From Octopus vulgaris (lineage: Eukaryota), in assembly GCA_951406725.2 (NCBI GenBank), contig OX597814.1, positions 195,610,001 to 195,674,000 of the forward strand: 64,000 nt of DNA. The letters are read 5' to 3'. A program made the position numbers and the translations under genes. Below are positions 45,700 to 58,514 of this stretch, piece after piece. Below the pieces are notes generated by a model that was given only the letters and a program-made list of their open reading frames with translations, was not told the DNA's origin and did not search any database. The number at the start of each line of letters is the position of its first letter. Positions within the stretch are counted from its first letter, which is position 1.

Positions 45700-45700
<1 letters not shown>
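45204..45700. mobile_element. Foldback pLTR-like element in (TA)n with central hammerhead
   Basis: 45204-45340 is inverted at 45513-45651. There is a hammerhead motif at 45369-45411(-). Confidence 0.7.
45369..45411 (-). ncRNA. Minimal type I hammerhead motif, CCGAUGA core
   Basis: ACACG-CCGATGA-CGGGT(CAAT)ACTCA-GAAA-CTCGAG-TC-CGTGT. Confidence 0.7.
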
Positions 45701-45743
<43 letters not shown>

Positions 45744-45886
45744 TGGCACTCTGTCGACTACGACGACGAAGGTTCAACTGATCCGATCAACGGAACAGCC
45801 TGCTCGTGAAATTACGTGCAAGTGACTGAGCACTTTACACGTCTACTCTTAACGTAGTTCTCGGGGAGATTCAGCGTGACATAGCT

Positions 45887-46014
<128 letters not shown>

Positions 46015-46027
46015 CATATATATATAC

Positions 46028-46060
<33 letters not shown>

Positions 46061-46147
46061 CATATATATATACATATATATATATACATACATATATATA
46101 TACATACATATATATATACATACATATATATATACATACATATATAT

Positions 46148-46198
<51 letters not shown>

Positions 46199-46245
46199 CA
46201 TATATATATATATACATATATATATATACATATATATATATATAC

Positions 46246-46300
<55 letters not shown>

Positions 46301-46343
46301 CATATATATATACATATATATATATATACATATATATATATAC

Positions 46344-46441
<98 letters not shown>

Positions 46442-46513
46442 CCTTAAATCCTTAAAAATGTTTTAGCCCGAAGGCCGCGGCCATGCTGGGGCACCACCGC
46501 TGAATGAGCCACA

Positions 46514-49411
46514 CTAGTTTGTGAATCCACCTCTGATACGTGGCACTTGATCAACAAGGGAGTTCGATGCTGCTGCCCGCATCCGTGTCTCCTGTCGTGA
46601 GGTAGGTTCATCTGGGACTCCCAACAAGAAGAGATCCAGTTTAGTTTTAAAGAAACCCACATCCACACCATGTAAGTCTCTCAGGCATTTAGGGAGGATG
46701 TTGAAAAGCTGTGGTCCTCTGAAACCCAAGCTGTTGCAGTATCTGGACCTGTATTTTGATGGTGATGTTGGAATCCTTGGCACCACGCAGCGGCGCCCCG
46801 TTCTGCGGTTGGAGTAACTTTGAATGCCAAAGTTTGGGACAAGACCCTCCAGGATTTTCCAGATGTATATTACTGCATATCTCTCCCGCCTCCGCTCCAG
46901 GGAGAAGAGGTTTAATACCTTCAGTCTTTCCCAGTAGCTGACATTTTGCATTGAGACGATTTTCTTTGTGTAGCTTCTCTGAGTTGCTTCGAGTTCTGCT
47001 GTTTGTTTTATATTGTGTGGTGACCAAAGTTGGGAGCAGTAGTCCAAGCGGCTGAGGACAAATGTTTTCCATAGGACCATCAGTGTCTCCTTCTCTCTTG
47101 TTCTGAAAGTTCGGAGAATCCATCCAGCTAGCCGTCTGCATTTTATCACCAGATTAGCAATATGCATTTGGAAAGATGCATCATTGCTCATGTCAATGCC
47201 CAGGTCACGCACTGATTTTGACTCAGGGATTGCAATTCTTCCTGGGCCAGTGTATCCAGTCTTCACGTCATTTACCTTTGTGTGCCAGTAGCGCAGGGCC
47301 TGGAACTTACCTGCATTAAACTGCATGTTGTTGTCCTCAGCCCACCTGTATATTGTGTCCAGCTCATGTTGCAGATGCGCAATATTTTCAGGGTTCTGTA
47401 TTGCGTGGGAGACCTTTGTGTCATCTGCATAGCTAGCAAGGGTGGTCATCGTAGCAACTGAAGGCATGTCTGAAAGGGCCACTATGAACATCAGTGGCCC
47501 CAAGACAGTGCCCTGTGGGACACCGCTTGTTATTTGCGTTTCCCTGGAGGTGGCTCCATTGCTCACAACTGCCTGTTTTCTGTCTTTTAGGAAGTTGTGC
47601 AGCCACTCTCCAAGTTTCCCGCCTATGCCGAGACCACGCAGTTTGTGACAGATCATACCATGGTCGACTTTATCAAAGGCTTTTGCAAAGTCAAGATATA
47701 TTACATCCACATTTGAGCCATTTAGTAGCTGTTTCAACACCCAGTCATAGTGTTGCAGGAGCTGTGTTAGGCAGCCTCTACCTGGTCGAAATCCATGCTG
47801 GGTGTCAGACAGTAAGTCATTTTCTTCAAGGAACATGATTAGTTTCTTACGGACTATTCGTTCCATGACTTTGCTGATGTGTGAGGTCAGAGAGATAGGC
47901 CTATAATTTTTAGCATCTGCTCTGCTACCTCCCTTATGGATAGGGCATATTACCCCCTCTTTCAGTTTGACTGGGAGCTTACCACTTGCAAGAAAGCTCT
48001 GAAAAAGAAGCTGTAGCGGTTTTGCAAGGGCTCGTTTGCACGATTTGAGAAGGATCGCTGGGAATCCATCAGGTCCAGCAGCTGAGTTTGTGTCAATCTC
48101 ATCAATGGCTAGTGTGATATCATCTTCTTCGATGTTGATGTACTCAATTTTTGTCTCTTTGGCCGCTGGTAAAGTGGCAAAGAATTCTTCTGGGTTGTTT
48201 ACTTGCCTGTGTCCTAGAGGTGTAGTGAATACACTTTGGAACTGTTCGTTCAGTATTTCACTTATCCTCGTGGGATTTCCTGTGAGAGAGCCATCTTTTT
48301 GGAAGAGAGGTCCTATTCTCTGGTGCACTGTGGCTGTCTCTTTGGCAAACTTAAAGAAAGCTTTAGGGTTTGATTTTATATTTTCTATTACCCAAGCTTC
48401 TTTATCTGCTCTCTCCTTTTCATGGGACTGATGTAGACTTTTCTCAGTTTCCATTAGCATTCTTTCGAGCCGAGACTTCTCACCACTTTTGGTGTGCTTG
48501 CTCAGGCGGTTTGCAATCCTTGTCCGTCGTCTCATAAGAATCCTCCTTTCTCTAGGGATCCTGTTTTTATTCTTGTGTGTGCTGGCCCTGCACATTGGGA
48601 CATATTTGTCACATATGGCTTGTATTATGGACATGAAGTGTTTGTGTTTCATGTTTATGTCCGGTGTGGAGAGACATTCAGGCCAATCCTGTTTGAGGAT
48701 CTCTTTCTCAATCGACTTCCAGTTGGCTTTATGAAAGTTTAAGTTGGAGAGATGGTGGGTGCTTCGTATAGGCTGTGTGTCTGCGGGGGCTTTTGTTCCA
48801 TACGTAGACAGCTCTATTATGTTGTGATCCGAGATCATTGTCGGCATCACATTAACATTATGGATAATATCCATATTGTTTGTAAAGCAGAGATCCAGTA
48901 TATTATCTGCCCTTGTTGGTTGCAGAACTATTTGCTCCATGAAAGAGGTATTTGTGAGATGGAGCAGGGACTCCACCTGTGCCTGCTGATGGTGTGTCAT
49001 CCCTGGGAGCATCTGCCCCCCAGGCCATTCCACATTGGGGAGGTTAAAGTCACCCATGAAGAATACACTGTTGTGCTGTTCAAGGTTGGTGAGGACTTCT
49101 CCTATTTTTGTTAGGCAGTCTTCAAACATGCCTGAGTGTTTTGGGGCGTCTGGTGGGCGATATGTAGTGCATATGACGATATTCAGTTGTCTTATGTGTA
49201 CAATTTGAGTTTCACATACTGAGTTTGAATATGACAGCAGGACCTGGGGCGTGAGGTCATCTCGGATGTACATTGCAACTCCACCATGGCTCCTCCCTTT
49301 TCTATCTGTGCGTATGACTGCATATTGCGGCATGTGTATTTCTGCATCACCTATATCGGGTTCAAGATGCGTTTCTGTGAGTGCCATGCATATAGCTTGA
49401 TTGCATGTCAC
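46514..49411 (-). CDS. LINE ORF2: apurinic endonuclease plus reverse transcriptase (CR1 group)
   Basis: 965-aa open frame. APE motifs: LTETHL, GGVAMY, YRPP, GDFN, LDL, SDH. RT motifs: NYRPISL, QHGFR, DFAKAFDKV, GVPQGTVLGP, YADD, RDLG. The true N-terminus (KIFLLNVGGL) lies in another frame just upstream. Confidence 0.96.
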   Translation of the reverse strand: MTCNQAICMALTETHLEPDIGDAEIHMPQYAVIRTDRKGRSHGGVAMYIRDDLTPQVLLSYSNSVCETQIVHIRQLNIVICTTYRPPDAPKHSGMFEDCLTKIGEVLTNLEQHNSVFFMGDFNLPNVEWPGGQMLPGMTHHQQAQVESLLHLTNTSFMEQIVLQPTRADNILDLCFTNNMDIIHNVNVMPTMISDHNIIELSTYGTKAPADTQPIRSTHHLSNLNFHKANWKSIEKEILKQDWPECLSTPDINMKHKHFMSIIQAICDKYVPMCRASTHKNKNRIPRERRILMRRRTRIANRLSKHTKSGEKSRLERMLMETEKSLHQSHEKERADKEAWVIENIKSNPKAFFKFAKETATVHQRIGPLFQKDGSLTGNPTRISEILNEQFQSVFTTPLGHRQVNNPEEFFATLPAAKETKIEYINIEEDDITLAIDEIDTNSAAGPDGFPAILLKSCKRALAKPLQLLFQSFLASGKLPVKLKEGVICPIHKGGSRADAKNYRPISLTSHISKVMERIVRKKLIMFLEENDLLSDTQHGFRPGRGCLTQLLQHYDWVLKQLLNGSNVDVIYLDFAKAFDKVDHGMICHKLRGLGIGGKLGEWLHNFLKDRKQAVVSNGATSRETQITSGVPQGTVLGPLMFIVALSDMPSVATMTTLASYADDTKVSHAIQNPENIAHLQHELDTIYRWAEDNNMQFNAGKFQALRYWHTKVNDVKTGYTGPGRIAIPESKSVRDLGIDMSNDASFQMHIANLVIKCRRLAGWILRTFRTREKETLMVLWKTFVLSRLDYCSQLWSPHNIKQTAELEATQRSYTKKIVSMQNVSYWERLKVLNLFSLERRRERYAVIYIWKILEGLVPNFGIQSYSNRRTGRRCVVPRIPTSPSKYRSRYCNSLGFRGPQLFNILPKCLRDLHGVDVGFFKTKLDLFLLGVPDEPTSRQETRMRAAASNSLVDQVPRIRGGFTN

Positions 49412-49529
49412 AAGGTCTCTCAGGAATGAAATTTTCTTTTTTACAGTTTCCGCGCAGCAACCCTCCTACATTCAGTAGAAATATTTTTGTGGTGTGTGTG
49501 TTGGTGTTGGTGTCTGTGGTGGCCATCCT

Positions 49530-50181
49530 GCATCTGTTGGAGGTGGCCTTATGTGGTGGTAGTTCCAGCTTTGTGCTTGTAGCCAGGTCAGCTGCTGAAC
49601 AATTTTTTGTGCCATGCACAAAAAAGACTGCTGTTCAGCTGCCGCCCTTCTCACATCTGGGTGAAGCTGGCCACCTGTTGGGTTTCCGCGCACCACATCT
49701 GCATACCGTCTTTCAGTAGTGGTCAGTGCGCTTTTTTCCCTTCTTTTAACTTTTTGTTTTTGTTCTCCCTGAGGGAGGGACCTCTGTCTCGCGTCCGTGC
49801 GGTTTTGGTAGGGCCTCCGATGTGCAAAGCGACAGTTTGCACCTTCAACGCCGTACCAGCAGTCCCCCTCAGGTAGAATTTGCAGGTGTTTCTTTCCCTG
49901 CCCTTACAGTTTTTGCTGGGGTCCCTCTGCTTTCTCTGGACAGGGCTTCCTTTAGCCTTGATTCTGTCACCCTTTACCTCCTGCTTCCCATCAATTCCAG
50001 GGTGCCTTTCCTTTCTTGCGGCCATCGCACCTCTTTGGTCTTCAGTTGTGGTGTTGGAAGCTGGACATGTGTCATCGTTTCCCTGTGTTCCAGGCTTCTC
50101 CATTTGGCTCTGGATGCTTTCCTCATCCTTTTGGCCCTCCCTGCTGCCGTCACCTCCCAGGATGATGTCCAGGGTGTCCAC
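49530..50181 (-). pseudogene. LINE ORF1 remnant with Cys/His (CCCH-like) motifs, frameshifted
   Basis: TCKFYLRG is followed after frameshifts by Cys/His-rich segments, immediately upstream of ORF2. Confidence 0.55.
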
Positions 50182-50205
50182 ATGTTGCCTGATTAGAGCG
50201 TACGA

Positions 50206-50458
<253 letters not shown>

Positions 50459-50589
50459 TACTTTATTTAAAAGCAGTAGAAATTCAACAAAACCTGAATT
50501 TCTGCTGCTTTTAAATAAATCATATTACTCTACCCCTGGTATTTGAGTACTCATTTTTCCACCTTGTTTCACATTTATGTGTTTACTCC

Positions 50590-50638
<49 letters not shown>

Positions 50639-50642
50639 TATA

Positions 50643-51469
<827 letters not shown>

Positions 51470-52007
51470 ATATATATATATATATATGTTAATAAAATAT
51501 ATGCATATATATAAACATATATGTACGTACCTACCTCTACATGTACATATACACGCATATATGTGTACAGGACACCAAAAGGACGTCGAACACATAGAGA
51601 GACGAAAAACATAGACACAAACCAAGGAACAAGACAAGCAAAAAATGGGAAGGGGGCCAGTCGATTAGATCAACCTCAGTACGCAACTGGTACTTAATTT
51701 ATCGATACCAAAATTATGACAAGCAAAGCCGACCTCCGCGGAATTTGAACTCAGAACGTAAAGACAGGCGAAATACCTATTTCTTTACTACCCACAAGGG
51801 CTAAACACAGAAGGGACAAACAAGGACATACAAACGGATTATATCGACCCCAGTGCGTAACTGGTACTTATTTAATCGACCCCGAAAGGATGAAAAGCTA
51901 AGTCGACCTCGGCGGAATTTGAACTTAGAACGTAGCGGCAGACGAAATACCACAAAGCATTTCACTCGGCGTGCTAACGTTTCTGCCAGCCGCCGCCTTA
52001 ATCAATA

Positions 52008-52235
52008 TCTATAAAGCTGAAATGCGAAAAAGTTGTTTGATTTCTTTGTTATTTGTCTCATTTTGGAAAAGGAACAGTTTAAGGGGCAGTGGATGGGGTC
52101 GGATGGGCGCTAAAATTTACACTGGGGGTAAAATGGGGTGGGCAATGATGTGAGGAGGGTTGCAAGTCGCTCGGGGTTACCGTTTGGTTGCCATTATCGC
52201 CAAAACCCAAGCAAAACACGGGTCAATATAGCTAG
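52008..52235 (+). mobile_element. Short Helitron-like element
   Basis: 5' TCTATAAAG and 3' ACCCAAGCAAAACACGGGTCAATATAGCTAG, between A and T. Confidence 0.5.
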
Positions 52236-52352
52236 TCATAATCTATAACAGGTGTAGAACAATTCAACGGAGGTAGGGTTGTAGGCCAAAGTTAGTCTGA
52301 AGTGGGTGTTGCCTTCCATTTCAACAAAATAAATTTGTCCATATGTTTACAT

Positions 52353-52780
52353 TTACCATAATTTCAGAATATCATCTGATAAATTCGGAATAGGCTCAAC
52401 TTTAACTTTCTCTTTTTCACAGCTTAGGGAAATTGGTTGAGCAGGCTTTGCAATGCGGGCATACATAATCTCCAAAACTGCCACAGCTGTGAGACCGATG
52501 GGATACTGGGATCCTACTTTCGTCAAAATTATCTTGCACTGCAATTAAGTTATAATCTGTGATCATTTCATCGATTTCACTATCCGCGATGGAAATATTT
52601 TGTAACTCATCCTCTTCGACTTGCAATTGCGCTTGACTAGCTCGCAGACGTGCTCGAGTGTTATAGATTTGTTCGGCAGCTCTAACTGTATGAGAACTTC
52701 TTGATCGACGTTCTGTGGTATTGCTCTTGTTCTGCATCTCTGACAGCCGGATTTAGCCTACTTGATCGACGTGCTGTCTT
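52353..52780 (-). pseudogene. Possible Helitron Rep/Hel N-terminal fragment
   Basis: An Arg/Glu-rich helix is followed by GSFGDYVCPHCKA and KVKVEPIP, resembling the Helitron N-terminal zinc motif. Confidence 0.4.
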
Positions 52781-52807
52781 TAAGGTTTAAGATCCAAATG
52801 AAGGAAA

Positions 52808-52852
<45 letters not shown>

Positions 52853-52869
52853 AACAAAGAAAGAGAGAG

Positions 52870-53239
52870 AGACTTCCAGTATCTACCCTATCAGGAGGAC
52901 TAGCCTTATCCAACCTGAATTTCAAAAAAGCAAAATGGGAATCATCTGCAAAGAAATCCATAAACGAATCTGGTCCAACATTCTATGTATGCAAGACATT
53001 GACTTGAAACTCAGCCAGTTTATGTCAACAGCACAAGCTATATGCACTAAATATACCCCAGAAAGAAAGGCCAGCATACTGACAAACAAGATTCGTAGGG
53101 ACAGATAAATACTTATAAGACGCAGGTTAAAGGCCTCAAAGCAGCTGAATAGGCAACCGAAGGATAAGAAGACGTCTATCTTCACACGGACTCTCCTAAA
53201 TATTGTAAACAAGATGAAACCCTCTCAGAAAGAGAAAGA

Positions 53240-53293
<54 letters not shown>

Positions 53294-53970
53294 GAGAGCT
53301 GTGGAAAGCATGAAAACAAATCTCTGTAAATTCGCAAAGGAAACAGCTGCAATACAATATAAAATGAGACCATTGTTCCAAGGGAATGACTCACTGACTG
53401 CGGAGCCAGGAGAGGATAAGTTTTTAGCGAAGCGATCGATATTTGATTCGTACGATCAGCGGACCTAATTCTGCATTTCACTACTCACAGTTTTCAACTG
53501 CTAAACCTTATTATTGCACTTTCTTTATGCATGTACACTTTCAATGCCCATAACTCCTATAATTCTGTATTTTTCCAGCTAAAATTTTTCAGTGACACTA
53601 CATGAACTCAGTGAACTATTTAAAAGTGTCTTCACTTAATCCCTTGGACAAATGCAGATAAAAAAACCCGGTTAAATTTTTTAATATTACAGTTCTAAAA
53701 AAGGAGGCACCAGCCATTGATTACTTCAACATTGAGGAGACAGATGTAACAGCGGCCATAGATGAAATGAGCTCATACTCCGCAACTGGTTCTGATGGTT
53801 TCCCAGCTATTCTCCTAAAATCGTGTAAGCAAGCTTTAGCGAAACTACTTCAGATACTTTTCCGAAGTTTCCTTGCAAGTGATAAACTTCCTAAAAATCT
53901 AAAAGAAGGCATTATATGCCCTATCCACAAAGGTGGAAGCAGAGCAAAGGCCAGTCTCTCTGACTTCACA
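52870..53970 (+). pseudogene. Decayed relative of the CR1-group LINE at 46.4-50.2 kb
   Basis: LSNLNFKKAKW and SATGSDGFPAILLKSCKQALAKLLQILFRSFLAS...ICPIHKGGSRA align with the 965-aa ORF2. Confidence 0.85.
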
Positions 53971-54334
53971 TGAACAAATCTAAGCATCTCCCCCAACCGA
54001 ACATGCTTTATGTATGTATTTTCATGCATATACTTGCATATCTAGACATGCTCATATATACTTATATGATAAACTTCTGGAAAGTTTTACAGATTTTTAC
54101 GGTTCCAGTGATGGACTGGATCTGTAGTCTTCGAATTAGCTTGCTCTTTTCTGGTTTTGAGAAGCCTAATTTCCCAAGATTGGGATTTAGGCAGTGTGTT
54201 AGATATCCCAAGGCCCCAATATGAATAATATGTATGCATGTTTGCATGTATGTATGTATGTATGTATGTATGTATGTATGTATGTATGTATGTATGTATG
54301 TATGTATGTGTGTATGTATGTATGTGTGTATGTA

Positions 54335-54381
<47 letters not shown>

Positions 54382-54622
54382 ATGTATGTATGTATGTATG
54401 TGTGTGTATGTGTGTGTCTGTGTGCACGCGTCTGTTTTGTCTGAGTATGCAGGGAGGTACATCATTAGTAAAGGTTCCGATTTTATTCTATGGATAGTTA
54501 TAAAATAATGGGTGCATTTATGTATATACACATATTAGTGTGTGTGAGTCTGAATGTGTGTGTGATATACTTAAGTCTTCTAAATGCATATATGAATATT
54601 TTATATTTACATACGGATACAT

Positions 54623-54725
<103 letters not shown>

Positions 54726-54810
54726 GTATGTCTATCTATCTATCTATGGATACGCGCGCACGTTTGTGTATAGTGGTTTCTGTTTGCCGATTGCTAGGTA
54801 TATATATACC

Positions 54811-54904
<94 letters not shown>

Positions 54905-55059
54905 CACATGTAACCATATATATGCATATAATATATATGATATTAATAATCTATTTATGCTTGAAGCCGTTAACCTCCGAAAAATATTGAAAAAAAATTA
55001 TAGAAGGATATATATACGTACATGCATACATACATTCATACGCATATATATATACATAA

Positions 55060-55111
<52 letters not shown>

Positions 55112-55810
55112 TTATGTATGTATATGTACACACATATGTGTGTGTACGTGTGTGTTGTATGTGTGTGAGCGCGTGTTGTTCGTCCGTTTGTGTATGTTTG
55201 TGTGTATTGTTCATTATAAATGTATCTTAGCTTTTGTTTATCTTTCTTATTTTTTATTCTTTCTTTCATCCTTTTTTTTAATTAAATATATTTTTTTTGT
55301 GGAATTTCAATTGCAGGAAATGAGTTTTAGCACTGATGAATAATAATTCCATAATGCAAAAACAAAAAAAAAAACAAACAAAAAAAACTACAAAAAAACA
55401 CAAAAACAAAATGCATCAGGTGTTGCTACATGGTATGAAGTTTGCCACATGCCGACCTTCATGATTTCGGCTTCAATCCCGCTGCGTGGCACCTTAAGCA
55501 AGTATCTTCTACTATACCGTGAAGCCGATGAAAGACTTGTGAGTCGATTTTGTAGACCAAAGTGAATGAGATCCGTCGTATTTATTCTTTTGTTCTTTTA
55601 TTTGTGTCAGTGCTTTGACTGCGGCCATGCTGGAGCACCGCTTTTAGTCGAGCAAATCGCCCCAGGGCTTATTCTTTGTAAGCCTAGTACTTATTCAGCG
55701 ATTTCTTTTGCCGAACCGCTGTGCTACAGGGACCTAAACATACCAGCATCAGTTGTCAAGCAATGTTGGGGGTGGGGACAAACACAGACATACAAACACA
55801 CACACACACA

Positions 55811-55887
<77 letters not shown>

Positions 55888-55977
55888 ATGTAGAAGGTTG
55901 AAAAGGAACACATGAGTTGATATATATGGAAAAAGGTCTACATAGAAAATGCTAAAATAATTTTATAAAAAACATTT

Positions 55978-56013
55978 CCGTACCGGTTTCAATCATTGAG
56001 ACTTTTTCAACTG
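55978..56013 (-). ncRNA. Minimal hammerhead (U3-A8 core), inverted copy
   Basis: Reverse complement of 56128-56163 with two substitutions. Confidence 0.6.
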
Positions 56014-56127
56014 TAAGTATGGGAAACAATTAAATTTTGAAAAAATTAAAAAAAGCTTACTATGCAAATATTATTTTAAAAATCTTTTCTTTTATATTTT
56101 CCCAAAATTAATCGTTTTCCATAGTTA

Positions 56128-56163
56128 CAGTTGAAAAAGTCTCAATGACTGAAACCGGTACTG
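56128..56163 (+). ncRNA. Minimal hammerhead (U3-A8 core)
   Basis: CAG-TTGAAAA-AGTC(TCAAT)GACT-GAAA-CCGG-TA-CTG, within the foldback ~55945-56195. Confidence 0.7.
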
Positions 56164-56212
56164 AAATGTTTTTTATAAAATTACTTTAGCATTTTTTTAT
56201 TTTGACGTTTTC

Positions 56213-56251
<39 letters not shown>

Positions 56252-56269
56252 CACACATACATACACGCT

Positions 56270-58473
56270 GAGAAGCTTCTTGAGGGACTTTTTTAATCTT
56301 GACATCATCTTCGACATTAATTCTAGGGTGGTAAACTTTTTGGATGTTACCTTGTGTCTATTATCTCTATTATCCCTTTCGTAAGCCTAATAAATCAATA
56401 TCATATATTAATGTATCATCCAATCACCTAAAATCCACAATAGACAGTATCGTTACGGCGATTTCAACTAGAATATCTAACTTATCTGCGAATGAAAAGA
56501 TTTTTGAACAGCATGCACCGGTGTATAATAATGCCCTAAGATTAAGTGGTTTCAAATCTAAAATATTTTATATCCTTAATACTAGACTCAAAATCAAAAT
56601 GGCTGGTTTGTCATTTAAGCACGTCACAAATACTATGAATAAACGAAGGGAACCCCCCAACTGCAATAATAGGAGGCCCTTGGGTAGTAATGTGTTTAGG
56701 GATACTCCCAATAGGTACAGGTATAAGAAAATTAATAATTTTGACAAGGAGTTAAACAAAACGGGAGGTTCACGGTCTGGAATAAGAGAAGTTGTTTGGT
56801 TCGCTCCCCCTTTCTCCCTTAGAGTAAGGAACTTACCAAAAATGTTTTTTAGAATTCTGAAGTAGAACTTCCCAAAGAATCATAAATACTATAGCATTTG
56901 CAACAAATCAGCGATCAAGTTCCCTTACTCTGTAATGCCAAACTTTGCCTCGATTATTGCATCAATCAATAGAAGCAAGCTTGCTGGGCGGAATAGCTGG
57001 AAAAGTTCTTTTGTGGATGACCAAGGAACTGCGTATAATAATTTTGTAACGCCTAATGCCAATGGTACAAACAGTCTGCCTTTACCGGATCTATCGAACC
57101 CATGTAATAAGGGAAGATTTGATGGAATGAAAGAGGGAAACTTGTCTAGAACTGGAGACACAAAATGTAAAGGTAACAATAGAAATAAAACTAGGAAAGG
57201 CCCCCGGAAAGAAATGTAATTGTAGAAACCCCGAATTATGCCCTTTAGATGGTTCCTGTCTAGTTACTAACGTTATATATAAATGTGTAGTCAAGGACGA
57301 GGATAGGTTAAATAAATTTTATATAGGTAGCACAGTAGATTTTAAGGCTAGATATAGATCACATATGAGCTCATTTTCTATCGATAAATACTGTAATTCT
57401 ACAACACTTGCATCCCATATACACAATTTAAAGAAAAATAATAAGAATTATTATCTAGAATGGTCCATTATCTCTAAAACCCCAAATTTCAAGGGAAATA
57501 TTAACAGGTGTAAGCTGTGCATAAGGGAATCCCTTACCATCCTTAGGTGTTATGGACCGCACATTTTGTATAAATTTACTGATGTGATTCCCTTTTGCAT
57601 CCATAAATTTTCTTCTACATTTTTAAAAGTGTATAGAAATAAAATAAGTCGTAGAAAATAAATAGTTTAGCTCTTATAGGGTTTGAAACCACGGAGGTTC
57701 AATTTAATTTAATTTAATTTAATACACCCATTTTTTTTTTACTGCTTTAATTCTTTCTTCTGGGCTCGTCTGAGCATGACTGCTTCAATAAGAAAACACA
57801 CAATATTGTGTTAAGCCTGCTAGGCGATGATGTCTGTCTCTCTATTTTTTCCCCTGACAAAGGAGTTATTAGCATGATGCACCCTAGTGCTTTAAACGCA
57901 ATAATATACCCCCGAAATGGCCATAGGGAATTTAGTAAATATGGTTTCCTCTTTTTTAACTATAAGGCCTCTCTTATTCGATGAGTAATTTTATATGACT
58001 TTCTAAACGATGAACCTTTATTTTATTTTATATTATATATTATATATTTTTATTTGCTTCCTATATTTATATATTTTTATATATTTTTATATACCTATAT
58101 ATTTATATATTACTTTATACTATATTCTTACGTTTTACCTTCTAAGTGTTGTAATGGTTTAAAAAAAAAAAATATATATTTTTCTTAATCGCTAAAGTAT
58201 TAACTTTTAACCGTGATGAACTGTATTCACATATATTCAAACATTTTTTCTCGCACTTTCTTATATGCTTGTACAGATGAATTATATTCCATCTTCCGTG
58301 ATGTCTAAATGTATATTCTATGATTAAATGTTCGAGTTATGAAATGTTATTGGATGATCTTGCATTTGCTTGTTCTATAACTTTAGTTTGATATATTTGT
58401 CTCATTCAATTGAGCACTTCTATAGCAGTCCTATTAAACATTTTGTTCCTGATAAGAAACAATCATTGTATTA

Positions 58474-58478
<5 letters not shown>
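56270..58478 (+). mobile_element. Decayed 5'-truncated Penelope-like element (Naiad/Hydra-type motifs)
   Basis: VNFLDVTL, PFRKPNKSISYINVSSNH, VVWFAPPFS, CNCRNPELCPLDGSCLVTNVIYKC, FYIGST, CKLCIRE and CIH, with stops and frameshifts. Ends at (TA)n. Confidence 0.85.
57849..57930 (+). ncRNA. Hammerhead motif in the PLE pLTR (G8 mutated)
   Basis: TTCCC-CTGACAA-[long stem II]-GAAA-TGGCCA-TA-GGGAA. Confidence 0.65.

Positions 58479-58514
<36 letters not shown>

Noticed and set aside
56270-57890. Selenoprotein-coding PLE with a SECIS element, as known for some Naiad elements
   Set aside because: The conserved Cys positions read (CNCR, CPL, CL, CKLC, CIH) use TGT/TGC rather than TGA. The ATGA at ~57776 lacks a properly paired stem and opposing GA.
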